The translations under genes were made by a program, and so were the position numbers. From Lytechinus pictus (lineage: Eukaryota), in assembly GCF_037042905.1 (NCBI RefSeq), contig NC_087251.1, positions 34,412,001 to 34,476,000 of the forward strand: a DNA stretch of 64,000 nucleotides, read 5' to 3'. This document shows positions 50,988 to 64,000 of this stretch, piece after piece (the first letter of the stretch is position 1; the number at the start of each line of letters is the position of its first letter). The notes under the pieces were generated by a model. The model was not told where the DNA came from. It ran no database searches and saw only the letters and a list, made by a program, of their open reading frames with translations.

Positions 50988-53900
50988 AAGTCTATCTCAT
51001 GTAGGTGCTTTGTGTATTATCCGTTTATCCACTAATGGAATTCTATGATGTAACTGCTCTTTAAGTAATGCTCACAAAGAGAAACTATGACTTAAGTGAT
51101 TGATTTATCTGTTCTTTAAAAAAAAATCCAAATGATGTTAATAATGTAACATATAAAGCGCCAAATTTGGCCTAAAGAATGGTTCTTATTGCATAGGAAA
51201 TTAAAGCTTAGTGAAAAGCATGAAATGATATTGAAAACTGTGCTTGGATTTAATTGCTATCTAAATGCAAATCATGATATCTATTGTTGTAAAGTTGGAA
51301 AATGATGTAAGATGCAACATGTATGGGGAATAGTTACAATATTTATTATTCAATCCCACAAATTTAAAAACATGATTTTTACTCAAAAGTTTTCATTTTA
51401 GAGCTTTTTAGACCCCCAAAAATGCTCAACTACAAATTCATATAATTTCAACCTTCAACAGATCACTGCTCTCACTTTCAATAATCCACATACAGCCAAA
51501 TCGATGGTTCATATTGTGTAGGAAATAAAAGCTCAGAAAAGAAACCATGAAATGAAGTTGAAAGCTGTGTTGCCGGGATTTTTATCGCTATTTAAATGCC
51601 ATTCAGGAAATATATATTGTTATAAAGATAGTAATACAGTTGTGTGAGATGCACAATTTTATGGACTGGGATTCCAAGGAAAAAAAATGATGTGGAAGCA
51701 ATTTTTTTTTCACTGTCATAAAATGTAGAAGCATAATTGCTTAAAATAGAACCATAAAAAATCAAATACAGTACACAGTTAAAACATTCATGTACTTGGC
51801 ACTTGGTTAGCTGAAAGGTGAATAGGGAAACAATGTTGATGGTCACATCACAAAAAAATCTTTTAAACCATGGTTTTAAAATGCTTTCTCCATTGGAGAT
51901 ACTGTGACAGACACAATGAAAAACATGTGGTACATCACTTGTTAACGATGCCATCATCATACTTCTATAATACATGACCTTCATTATCTGTTAAGTCATT
52001 TTTGACCTTCCGCAAATGGACGAATTCCCCATTACTGGAGGGAACAGAAATATTGAAGGCCAATGAGGCACATTCAGACTGACTCGAAGTTTGAGAATAC
52101 AAGGTATTCTCTGATCAGGAAATTTATCCTGATCTACCCTGTTAAAAAAAATACCAGATATTTTTGCCCGTGTGAAAGCAAAATACTTGTCATATTTGTG
52201 TGCCATCCTGGGAAAATGGGTATTATAGGTGAAATTTTGGATTTTGGTTTTTTAATGTTTTCTGGTACATGGACACATGTACAATGTGTATACGAAATAT
52301 TAGAGTCTAATTCATATTTAAATTAGAGATATGGCCAATTGAATCAGGGGTACCCCCCCCCCCCTGCCTGGCTGTATGGGTCGTCATGGTAGTCGGGCTT
52401 ATTATATCTTTTCATGATAGGGAAATGTTGGTTCTTTTGTAACGCCCAACATACCTGGCATAGGCGAGGTGATCTTTTGTAGTGCAGACATAATTTTTAT
52501 ATATACACAGCTAGGCGAATACAATAAAACAAATTATTCTACATATTCAACCACACCCACACTAGAACCCACACCCACACACTCACATTACATGCAAAAA
52601 AACCCTTATGGAGACTTTTTGTCATACTATATATAGTTCGTCATAGCGCGTAGTTTTAACATGAGAGGAGGTTCCCAGATCCAATGACCAGGGGAAGATG
52701 GGGTTGGGTAATTCATCTGATTTTTTTGTTGTTGGGGGGGGGGGAGGGGCAGCTTATCATATTTTTGGGGGGTGCCCACCCCCACAGGCGCCGCAGAACA
52801 TTTTTTGAAAATGGGAGGGGCTGTCCATGCAAAAAAAAAATCACAATCAAATGGTAATTTTTTACATGTTTATACATGCGTTCTGGGGAAAAAAAAGTGG
52901 GGCCAAAGCCCCTGCCCACCTCCATCCTAGATTTGTCCCTGCCCTTAACCCCCCCCCCCCCAAAAAAAAAAAGACACCACCATGCTGTTTGTCCATACTT
53001 CACTTTCTCGCAAAGTAAAATCTAAAAAAAATCATGCTTAAGCTTTGGAAAATAACCACAAACAAAATTCAATTTTGCAAAACCAAGTTTTTTCGGTGGC
53101 AATACACAATAGTGAAAAGCTGATGCGAGCTACATTTCATAAAGATTTGATATGACAACAACTCTTGATGAAATATCAACTTTCATTGAACTAGCGAATC
53201 AGGAAGCAGAAGGTTCACTGTTTTCATGGTAGTTTTCATTCGAGCAAGGGATCATATCCATATTTAATGAAATGGGCCACATTTGGTTTCTTTTTAGGGA
53301 TGGGGTAGTCATGAAAATATATTTCACAAATTGCTGCCAAATTATCTGGATCACTGAAGGATTTTTTTTAGGTCACTTCGTTTGAAAAGAAGAATAAAAC
53401 TGTGCGTAAAAACTTGGCTCCACATATTAATACGACAGGTATTATAACTAACAAATACTCACAAATACATAGTCATCTTTTCTCTGCTACACTCTGTACA
53501 CGTGTGTAATGATATGCGTTGTAAACATTTTGTGCTTGAATAAAAAAATAATATCAGAGTTTAATTCTTGATATGGAAGAGACTACATACATTTACTCTC
53601 TTCTATGCAGCAGTATTAGCAAAACTCAGGAATGTGCATCGCTCTCCACTGTCCAAATTTGCACTAAAAAATATATAAAACACGATAATCTCTCCCTAGT
53701 GTGTGTGTTTAACATTATCACAAACTTCTTAATACAGCAGCAAACTTACCACATTTCAATTTTCTACAATGACATCCTTCTAATTGGTTAGCAAACGTTA
53801 CAAATTAAGTTTAATTTTTTTATCGAAAAACTTCAGAGTTTGTTCATTCAAAGTAAAACATGTATTCATTGTTCAATTTCCTCTCCTACCGGGGAGGCCG

Positions 53901-53999
53901 CGAGGTGCCTTGTCCTCATCTAAGATCTTTCCATATATCATATTCCCTCTATTTGGAAAATCCAGTTGATAGCTTATCAGGGAGTATCTGAGAGACTAT

Positions 54000-54477
54000 A
54001 GGTGGTTTCAAACCGCCTCGATCACAAGAATCCCCGTTAAATTACGAGAACTTTTTTAGGCTGAAAAATACCCATTAATTATTCCTGCATTCACACCGCC
54101 CTGAAACATACCCTTCGGGATAAGTTCCTGAAGTTACGAGCATGCGCAGTATGGTCTGATAAGCAGCAAGGCGCGAAATTCAAAATCACTAGCCCAGCAG
54201 CAACCCATGCACGGCGCCGCACCCAACGACACGCTGGGCTAAAAGTTCCCGTAATTTGCTTTCAGACCGCCAAAATACCCACGACCTTGGAAAAATCCCC
54301 GCGAAAGTTCTCGTAATTTCGCCAAGTACCTACTATTTATCGGGTATTTTCTTTCGGGGATATTACGCGTAGTTTGCTTTCAGACCGCCAAAATACCTGG
54401 TATTTTCTGATCGGGGTAAATTTCCCGATCAGAGAATACCTGGAACTGGCGAACTTCGAGGCGGTCTGAAACCACCT
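54000..54477. mobile_element. Young Harbinger-like MITE with 3-bp TSD (TAT)
   Basis: TAT|AGGTGGTTTCAAACCGCCTCG...CGAGGCGGTCTGAAACCACCT|TAT. CpG-rich interior and repeated TTTCAGACCGCC motifs. Confidence 0.75.
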
Positions 54478-57400
54478 TATGTCAGCAGGGTTCACCAAAG
54501 GGGATAATTTTCTTCCTCTGCATTGTTTGCTTTCTTCATGTTCCAGTCTTAAAAATGCCACGTTCCGATGACTCAAATCTACATGTTTGATGAATGCAAT
54601 TGAAAAGCTCACCGATATTAATGTGTTATAAAAACAGTCACATTACACTCTCATTTATTCATGATTCATGGACATTTATCAACAACATGATATTTAAAAT
54701 ACATTAACTTTTCACTCTTTGGCTTTGTGTAAATGTTACTTGTATTTCTAATAAAGGTGGAAGTACTCCCTGATGTCATATTTTTCTACCAAAAATAATA
54801 AGATTTAACTATTGTTGGGTAAAAAAATCCCTCCAAAATTCATGAGATGTTCATATTTAAATGTTTAATTTGATATATCACTTGCAAAAAGCTTTCTCTG
54901 CATGAGCCTTTATCCAAATTCTATATTTTTTTTCATTTTTTATTGTTTTTATCATTTTATATTTTTTTATATTTTCCATAATTCTAGATTTCATGTACTA
55001 ATAGTGGTAAAATAAATTTTAAAACAATATCTTATAAAACGGCAATTAATTCGTGGAAAAATCGGTTACAACTGACATGATAAAGTAACAACTGGCACAC
55101 TATTTCCATATAGAATATGGATAAAGCATGGAAAGCTACCTGAAGCTGTGGTAATGGTGAATCCCATATCAGAGTCTTAAAGTACTTCTTGAAGGGCTGC
55201 AGTCAGCTGTATGTTGGTTCTGAGATGTCTTGTTCTCACTGCACTAATACAGTTGCTCTGTAGATCCCGTGCCTTTAACATGTTTAACACAACGAAAGAA
55301 AACAAGGCCAATTAGTTAACACATTTTCAGAGTTAAAGTTTATTAAAAAAAAACACTACTTAAGAAAAAAACTTAACAAAAAAACAATTAAAACTATAAT
55401 TTTTTTTCTTAAAAAATATGTCTTTTCATTTTTCTTTATAATATTGAATGATTTTGTGTAGAAAGTTGGCGAACCTCATGTAATGTAGCTCGACCAGATT
55501 GTAGAAAAAATAAGAAATACCCCCCACACCCGCCCCCAAAATACATTGTTATTTTTGAATTGTGACAATCTGTTTTCTAGTTATAATTTCGATATCATTT
55601 GCACAGCTTTGGTGAAGCTCATACCAAATAGACCCCACCCCCTCCGAAAAAAAAATATTTGAAATCAGAAGTCCGACAAATAAGAATTTGTTAGAAGAGG
55701 GGATTTGAAAAATGTCCATAATTAACCGATTTAAAAGGGTACTCCGAGCTGAAAATAATTTCATCAAATGTAAGCAAATGCTGCAAATTTCATCAAAATC
55801 TGATAACAACTAGATCTAAAAGGGTTTTTCATGCATTATAAAAACAGTTATATGCACGTCTTAATAAATATTCGTTAGATGAGCTGATGATGACACCCCA
55901 CTTTAACTTTTCTTATAACAAAACATGAAATCATACTTATTTTATTTGGTCATACGTGTGTGAATGATATGTCACCTTTTTGCATGAATTAATATCTAGT
56001 CTTGGAGGGGGGGGGGGGGATAGAACAAACATAATTTCATGTAACAAGGTGAGACATCTTTGCATCAGTTTGTCAAGTAAATTCATAAAAACATGCATAG
56101 AACTGTTTCACCGAAATCCATATCTTTAAATTATCATAGCTCTCTTACTCCTTGTCCAATTTAGATTTTTTTTTTAAATACATTTTTTACAAACTTGTTG
56201 CATGTGATAGATTTAACTTAAATGGTTACAAGTATGTAACGAAGGCCTATCTAAGTACGTGCAGATCTAGATCTAGTTGATAGCCTAGGCATACATAAGT
56301 TAGATCTTAAAAAGGCCGTCAAAGTCCCGGACAAATACCGCGAATCGCTGCAGCAGTCGCATGTAATTTGACGTTTAAAGTCGTTCCTAAAAAAGCTCTC
56401 TCTCGATCGATCCACATAAACACGCAACACAAAATTCACATTCACGTGTTTAGTTGCCATGTTCCTCGCATCGCAATTATCAATGAATTTAACAAAACAA
56501 CTCAATCTGCAACATAATTTAACTTACCTTCATGGATTTCAGCCAAGGGAATTAAATTCAATCAACATGTATCCGAACCCGCCACCAAATATATCGAGCC
56601 GATATCCACAGTTCTGAAAAATAAAAATGCGCCTGACATTTTTTTTTTCCCCGCGGGTTGTTTGTTTTGTTTTTCCTCGCGACGCGCGCCAGACAAAAGT
56701 TTGATGACACGCGTATTTAAATGACGTCCTAGCGCATTTATTGTCTCTCACCAATAGTCTGGTTTTTGCGCGACGCCACACATTTTTAAATAACTATCAT
56801 CTTAATAGTAGGGGCGCTGCTGGGTTATTGATTTTGAATTGTGCGTTCCTTCTGCTACATTATTCCTATACAATGCATGCTCGTAGCTTTGAGAACTTAC
56901 ACATACCCCAAAAATATCTGGTTTGGGTGGGTGTGAATGAATGCGAGAAATAATTATGAGGAGTTTTGAGCACTGAACAAGTTCTCCTATATTCACGGAT
57001 ATTCTAGTCATCGAGTTGGTATGAATATACCGAGAGTACGACTATAGAAAAATTGGTTGAAATATAAAGCAAGAGATGTATTGATTATTATTCCCCATAG
57101 CACCTTGCTAAAAGGGAGATGTTCAATTTTTCTGTTTGATCTAAGACAAGGAATGCATTCAGTCAGGCCTTGGGCTTTATGCTCTGGTTTGCAATGATTT
57201 TGCCCAAAATGCTTTGGTTTTTTTTTTTTCAAAAGCCCTGAGGCATGATGGGATATTCTGTGAGTGAAAGATAATTGCTGTTTGAAGTAAAAACAAAAAA
57301 TATAGGTTTCGAAGAAATTGGAGCAAAAAATGGAGGAAAAGTGACTGGCTGCTCCATGATCTCTTTGAATGAGATCCTAAGAAAACGCGGCATATGAGGT

Positions 57401-57689
57401 GTCGAAGCAGTGTCGCCTCCATCAGATTGTTTTTCTTGTACACTACTGGTCGAGTTCCTTGCTATTTGATGAATGCTGATTCTAATCAATTCCATGTTTG
57501 CATTTGAGCAACATACTGTGTGCATTATGATCACATGAATACTGGCAAACTCCATGTGCATGTCAATAAAAACCTCCCACAACAGTGCTCAATAAGATGT
57601 TTGACTAAGATTTTTTCAAGATCAAGACGTCTTTATGTACATTTAAGAATAACAATGACAGCTACATGGTATTATATTTTACCTCTGCT

Positions 57690-57870
57690 GTATAGCTGAG
57701 CTTCTAGAAATAGATGCTACCAAGTACTCTATTTCGTCACTTTGGTCAAGTGCAGCACAATATGAAGAAATTTCTTGCTGAATGAAATAAATGTCTAAAG
57801 TAGGTAGGATTCAAAGGTTTCAAACCTTGCGACCCTCTGATGGAAAGGTGAGACTCTAAACCACAACACT
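57690..57870 (-). mobile_element. tRNA-derived SINE (minus strand, degenerate)
   Basis: Reverse complement of the SINE core: GGTCAAGTGCAGCACAAT..AAATTTCTTGCTGAA..TTCAAACC..GACCCTCTG..CTAAACCAC. Confidence 0.6.
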
Positions 57871-58126
57871 TTTACCCCTCTTCGTACTTACAGAAAAGTG
57901 TGCATGAAGACATACACCACTATGTTGTAAACCAAAACAGTTGTTAGAATAATTAGTCAATTCCTCACATTGACAGTATCTGTCAAAAATAGTTTCAGAA
58001 CTGTGAAAAGAAAGCAAAATTGCACCATGATTGTCAGGCGATCTGTGATGGAGAAGTGAGAACTATGTAAAATGTGCACTGGGTTTAATGCTAATTACAA
58101 TTTAGTAGAATTCAATTCCACACCTG

Positions 58127-58280
58127 GGGCCTGTTGCATAAAACTTTTTACCTGAGAAACCTCTGGTAAAAACTGAAAACTAAGGTTAGTCTGATTTCTG
58201 CCATTGACTTTAACACGGCAAAAACTCCGGTAAAAACAACCTGAGTTTTCTCAGGTAAAAAGTTTTATGCAACGGGGCCC
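58127..58280. mobile_element. Small Harbinger-like MITE, TSD CTG
   Basis: CTG|GGGCCTGTTGCATAAAACTTTTTACCTGAGAAA...TTTCTCAGGTAAAAAGTTTTATGCAACGGGGCCC|CTG. Confidence 0.8.
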
Positions 58281-61200
58281 CTGATTGCCCTAAAATATAA
58301 CATTCCACTCCAGGGGCAATTTACTCTAAATTACATTCTCATGTGCTTTCCTAAACTATATGTTAAAGGTTTGATTTTGCATCATTCAAAATCTGTGTAT
58401 GGTGTGTTGTATCGTATTACAATTTAAAGGGAAATAAAATGTCATGTTGGATGTTAATATTCCAAAGAATGGAGCAAACTGTCAATTGCACATGAAATTT
58501 AATCGTTCAATTTATGTAAAGGTTAACGTTTACCATGGTTTTCTAAATGATGTATTTTTTTTTTACACAAAGTAGATCATTGATATGCCACTTTTTTAAA
58601 ATTGCAAAATGATGAGCATTTTCTTTGATTTATAAAGAAAAACTTTAGTTTATATCATCATACATGTATTCCGCCAGTAGGCTTATTAGAGTAATAGAAA
58701 TTGATTAAACAACCCACACATATCAATTATACTGATTTTTTAGACAAAAGTCTGTAAATTTTTATTTTCAAGTCTGAATAACAATAAAGAAAGAGAGTGT
58801 ATTCAATTTGGATGAAGAAGCAGCACCCTGCATTGGATAAACACTTACAAAATTATGATGTAGAATATAATGAGATAAAAATTGATTTGACCCCTGGCTT
58901 ATTCCCATGTTGTTGATACCATCGGGAAATTACGAATGAAATCAATGATAGCAGAACTTAATTGGCAACAACTGTCTCATTTTCTTGTTGGCTAGTTTCA
59001 GGAGATGTTGGCTTTTCTTACACAGTGGTGCTGTATCTCTACAGAGTAGGACTGGAGAAGGCTTGTAGCTAGGTAGTTTAAAGCTGATAACTTGATAATG
59101 CAGTCATGGCGGAGAAGAGGAAGGAACTTCTTGTGGCCAGTGGAAGATAATTTCCGGTTGACTACAATAATGATTTCACTCCTGAAGCTGTCAGGTACAT
59201 GTCCAAAAAAAGGGTTGCCCACGGATGATAACGTGAAGTCCGTCCGCCTTTCTGTCTTCAGAAACGGATGCATCGATCTTTACCAGAAAACCTCTCTCTT
59301 ACGCTATAAGTAGAGCAGAAAGTACATGCAACCGTGATGATAAAGTAGAGATATAGTGGTGGGCTGTAGATGGACTGTTCAGGCGTGATGTCTCTCTTTA
59401 GACTCATATTTTATACTTGCCTGTGGTTTTGACTGGAGTAGGATTTTACTTGAGAGTACAGTGAGTTAGAGGATCTAGTGGATAGAAAATAAAACAATAT
59501 TTAGATTCTTTCAAAGGACATGATTACATTGGCACAAGAAACACAACACATAAGTATTGTGCAAGTAGGACAAACTCCTGTTTACCTACAATGTAAGAGT
59601 TATGACAAAGTGCGATAATTACATGTTTTATGCCTCGTGTCCTACGAACTTGTCCATTTGTCTTTCTGTACCACTGATAACCTGCTTTGAAATCTTTTTA
59701 AAGAGGTTACAAATCTTTGACTTATATTTAAAAGTCTTGCCTCAATTTTAAACCAAAAAAAAGCAGAGAAAGTTTACATATCAAATTCGTATCAATTCTG
59801 GGATTTGAGCTTGCATAATAAACATTTGGATTATTCCATTGCGCAAATGACGAGTTGATCGAACGTTGCAAATTACTCTAATAGCTGTACAATCTGCATT
59901 TATAAATATTCCTGATATGTAGTCTGACAGAATAACTTTGGTAGGGAAAAATATTTAGCATCCTGTTCCCGGCCGTTAAGTCCAAAGTGCTGATGAATTG
60001 ACCAATTGTGTGATGTGTTATATGTCGCATGCAACTGAAATTTAAATGCCACTCTGAGTCACACTTTGTGACTTTGTGAAATCCCCCCCACCTTGTATGC
60101 ATTACTGTAAATGTCATTTTGTTTTTCTGGTTCGGTTGATGGATTATTGTATCAATTTTTACTTCTTAAGGCATCGCTCATGGTCCTTCAATACAGTATA
60201 GTGTGTAGTCTGTAGAATCGGTTGGGCGAAAAGCCCATTTAATCTCTAAGGTTCCTTCCCTGGATGTGAACAGTTGTATTAGTTTGAAAATTTATGATAC
60301 CGGTATCTTAAAGCAGATAAGAACCAATAGCACCACCTCGAGTCCTCAACTACTCATACCTGGCCAGTTTCCTGACCCATAATGCTAGTGTAGTCTAGTA
60401 ATATAGACCCACTTGAATGATAACATACTCACTAACTACTCTATACATTTATACCACAATAATTATGTTACCAAGTAGCAAAACATTTACCATTTCTCTC
60501 AAACCATTTTAGTTTCTCTATTCAAATACAATTATAGGTCAATTTATTCTCTGTAGTATTAGTAGATATCTGAAAACTTATATATTAAGACTATGTAGTT
60601 ATAACACACGGTCAATGAGAGACCACACACAGTTCACTCCCCCTCTAAAGAATCAATAATTTTGTTTTGTATACATACTTCTTGTAAAGTTCTATGAACA
60701 TGTAAACCGAAATTTAGTTGTTGGTACAGTAAAATTGATGTGGCCATTTTATAACCATGTAGTAATCAGCTATACACCTTACACCTGACTTTAGGCATAA
60801 CAAATGAATGTTGGGACAGGTGCATACGAATACTATTTCAAGAGTATAGATTGAGAAACCAATTTAAAAAAAAATAACTTGAATTATACTACAGGTTTAA
60901 AACATTCCTGATTATGATTCGCACGATATATACAGATGTAAATATCAAAGCTGTATTCACAGCTTTGAGATAAATTACAAATTTGGAAGTTTAAATAGTA
61001 ATTAATGAATTACACAATAGTAACAATGTTTATTTTTTATACAATGCTGTGAACTATATGAACTTCACAGTACATGTAGTTGTTCAATAATTTAAGCTAG
61101 TGTTTGAAAAAAAACCCACATTATTAATTCAGTGAACATTAAAATAAAAAATCAAACGCATGTTTTAAGTTGTCAAATATGTACTGTAAAGTTCACATAG

Positions 61201-62399
61201 TAAATAAAAAAGATTATATACAGCGTTCTTTATAATGAGATATTTGTCAAATCTATTCTTTAGAGTGAAAATACATGTATAGCTATATGTTCATATCTTC
61301 ATTAGATGAGTGCACTAATGAGAGTGTTTACAGAATACTCCCACTTTCTCTTTTCATCCCATTGCCATTGAAAAGATATGTAACCTCGTAGTCACTTTGC
61401 AAAATTTGTTATCCTTTTAATACAACAGTCCTTCCCTAAGCATTATTTTATCTATATACAGTAGATGTACTCGTACATTCTAGATTCCATGGCCTGTTTG
61501 CTGAAGTCCATTTAAACTAAAGTATGGGAAGCCGATAATGTCAAAATTCATTAAAATTATATTTTTATGTTTACTGTGCTCTTTTTTTCATCCCATAATG
61601 AAAAAAACACTTATTAGTTATCATTCCTAGACTCTTATGGATGATCTGAATGAGCTGATAAATCTAACATTGTACTGTTACACATTTGTGTCACAATTGG
61701 CTATCCATAGTTAACTGCAACTTTAGACCAGAGTGTGAATTTAACCTGAGTCCATACTATTAATTTCATGGATTTTAAATGAGTCCATAATGACTGTGAA
61801 TATAGTGCCTAATTGAACACTATGATTTATCTTTTAATCTTCTTGCTTTGAATTTAAATAATCTTTAAGGTTTAGATACAAATCCAGATTATGACTTGTC
61901 ACTATCCACAGCTGATCTGGATTTAATTTAAACCCCTGTAATTTAGGCAATGGCATTTGTTCAACGATACAGATTATGAGCTTTTAAATTTGGATACTCC
62001 AATTCATGATACAATATTGTGCATAATCAGTCTTGTTGCAATATCAACCCTTTCCTCCGTGAATAACATGTTAATCTAAAAGAAACAAAATTGTATGAGA
62101 TGGTAAGTTAATAGATTCCATTGCCATACATGTATATGCATCATTAATTGCAATAGAATAAGCCATGAATAGAGAAGTATGCTATTGATTTCATAGATGA
62201 TTGGCGATGTGATCTGTTTAAGGCTTAAGGGGAGTAACTCAATATAATTCTGCTACTTACTAATGTTCTTTTGACTTCCAACTTGTATATATAATACTCC
62301 CCCCCCCCTTTCGCCACCATGCACTACTAGAAAAGATAATTGTGTACATGATACGTACATTTCATACAAAATGCAATAAAGATGAAATCAATTAAATCT

Positions 62400-62790
62400 T
62401 TGTGGTCTAGTGGTTTTGACTCTTGTCTCTCAAATAGAGGGATGTGGGTTTGAATCCCAGCCAGTTTTCTTTCATTGTTTCAGCAAGAAATTTATCCACA
62501 CAGTGCTGCACCCAACCCAGGTGGGATGAATGGGTACCCAGAAAGATTAATTTCTTGATGCACTGAGCACGGTTTTGAAAGTGCAGGGCGAGCTGAAAGT
62601 TGTGGTGGGGGGGGTGACTGTTTAAAAAATTACAAGCAGATGGCCATTTGTACATTTCTGTACATGTTTATTGAAAAGAAAAAAAAAAGATGGAGGGGGG
62701 GGGGGAACTGAAGCCTCCTCAGTTCTGTGACTCCTGGTAATAGTTGCACTTTGTATCCCCTGACAGAAAGCACTATATGATTCAAGCCAT
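62400..62790 (+). mobile_element. tRNA-derived SINE interrupted by a G-tract MITE fragment
   Basis: TGTGGTCTAGTGG, GGGTTTGAATCCC, TCAGCAAGAAATTTATCCACACAGTGCTGCACCCAACCCAGGTG..GAATGGGTACC. Confidence 0.65.
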
Positions 62791-62863
62791 TGTTATCATT
62801 ATTATATTTTCTTGCATCTTTATTCGTTCATGTCTTTATGTTCTTTTCTCTTCCTTCTCCTAG

Positions 62864-63033
62864 ATTCCTGTCAGGTCAACCAGGGAACCTTCAGATCCAA
62901 CCCTACCTCGTTTCTCAGGTCGATTTCGATTCCTGCTACACCATGAACGGCAGGGCGGTGATTGAACATCCTACCAATCAGGCGTTCCTCGTACCAGATA
63001 CCATCCTCAAACCAGGCTCCAATTTCTTCATCG
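62864..63033 (+). CDS. EYS: Exon 4 of EYS-like gene: (R)FLSGQPGNLQIQPYLVSQVDFDSCYTMNGRAVIEHPTNQAFLVPDTILKPGSNFFI
   Basis: Long pyrimidine tract plus CCTAG acceptor, 170 nt, donor TCG|GTAAGA. Its phase-2 start joins exon 3 exactly (AG|A = Arg). VSQVDFDSC...LKPGSNFFI resembles recalled EYS VSETSFVGC...LSVGTHYFI, a cupredoxin/ephrin-like fold motif. The gene continues beyond the window. Confidence 0.85.
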
Positions 63034-63504
63034 GTAAGACACTGAGTAGAAGAAGAAATTTCCCCTCAGGGCGGTTATTCACCCATTTGTTCTCCTTTAT
63101 CGTCTCTTGTCTGTCCTGAAATGAAGATGATTTGTTCTTTCCGTTGCTCATCTCGATCATCGTGCACCACCAATTTGTTCTCCGGAACATAAGGGGTTGC
63201 TAAAATACCTAGAAGATGTTCACACTTTGCATGTAAAAACATCTTTGGACATTCTTTATTTTGAAACATTCTTTGGCTATTGTTGTGTGTGTGTGTGTTT
63301 GAGTTTTAACAGACGTGTAACAATCAGATAAGATTATTTACCTGTGGGACCAACATTTAACGTAACCATCCGAGAGACTTGACCAGGGCTCGAACCTCCA
63401 CATCAATTTGTAACTTCTCAAATGTAGCTTGGATTACAGTTGTACGCCATAATGCCCGGTTAAAAAGTTAAAAAAAATGCACATGTATTTTACTTGGATA
63501 TTAA

Positions 63505-63884
63505 AGCTAAAGTAATGGATTTGCAGCAGACAATATTTCATGAGAAAGTCTTTTAAAATCAAGGTTAATCATATTATCTGGGATCTAGATCCAATACATT
63601 AAGATAAACCTAACTTTGTGAAATCTAAGCTGAAAAATGATCACACTGAAGATTGCCAACACAGATACGCACATGTGGGGCAGTGCATTTTATTCTTTGG
63701 GAAAAGACTCAACACCTGACTGGAATATCATGCTTATATCACTCATTTTTTAGCCATTACGCATCTTCTACCCGAATGGTTTTGCGCATCTTTCTTCTTT
63801 TATACATTTTTACACTTAGGTTGTCATCTTAGTGAATGCTCTTAGAACTCATTTTGAGTTTCTTCCCACTGCTTGCATTTATCT
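63505..63884. mobile_element. TTAA-flanked MITE (Kolobok-like)
   Basis: TTAA|AGCTAAAGT..TTGCAGCAG...CCACTGCTTGCATTTATCT|TTAA. Confidence 0.5.
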
Positions 63885-64000
63885 TTAAGACATGTTTGAG
63901 ATGTCCACACACCTATGAAATATTCTATGGCTGTAAAATATTAATTTGATAAGTGGTGGCTAATGCGTTTTGGATGTGGTCACACACCCTGTAGAAGACC

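Noticed and set aside
59021..59027. Additional CACAGTG heptamers (59021, about 62499)
   Set aside because: They are isolated 7-mers without the TIR extension or a TSD, and are expected by chance or as part of the SINE core.
58998..59313. Overlapping 73-91-aa ORFs in a GC-richer patch
   Set aside because: No recognisable domain and no convincing splice sites in phase with the host gene.

Overview
Eukaryotic, AT-rich, repeat-dense animal DNA. The repeat families and TACATGTA enrichment suggest a sea urchin or other echinoderm (inference). The window holds the 5' part of one large + strand gene with four phase-compatible GT-AG exons (4555-4668, 10312-10407, 17106-17212, 62864-63033). They encode a signal peptide plus a Cys-containing N-terminal domain resembling the N-terminus of vertebrate EYS (eyes shut homolog); intron 3 is 45,651 bp and the gene runs off the right edge. 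The most striking element lies upstream: a 2,000-bp insertion (1412-3411) with the hallmarks of a non-autonomous Transib (RAG-related) transposon. It has CACAGTG termini, bipartite RSS-like TIRs and a perfect 5-bp TSD (CGTCG), and it splits a SINE. Its interior carries degenerate sequence that reads like decayed Ig-superfamily domains (tentative). The rest is introns filled with TTAA (Kolobok-like), Harbinger-like and Tc1/mariner-type MITEs, tRNA-type SINEs, a Helentron-like tandem-repeat element with a nested TG..CA-like insertion, microsatellites and local tandem duplications. A divergent minus-strand spliced transcript upstream of the gene is possible. No rRNA, tRNA gene or CRISPR array was seen. 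All calls were made by eye without database searches.
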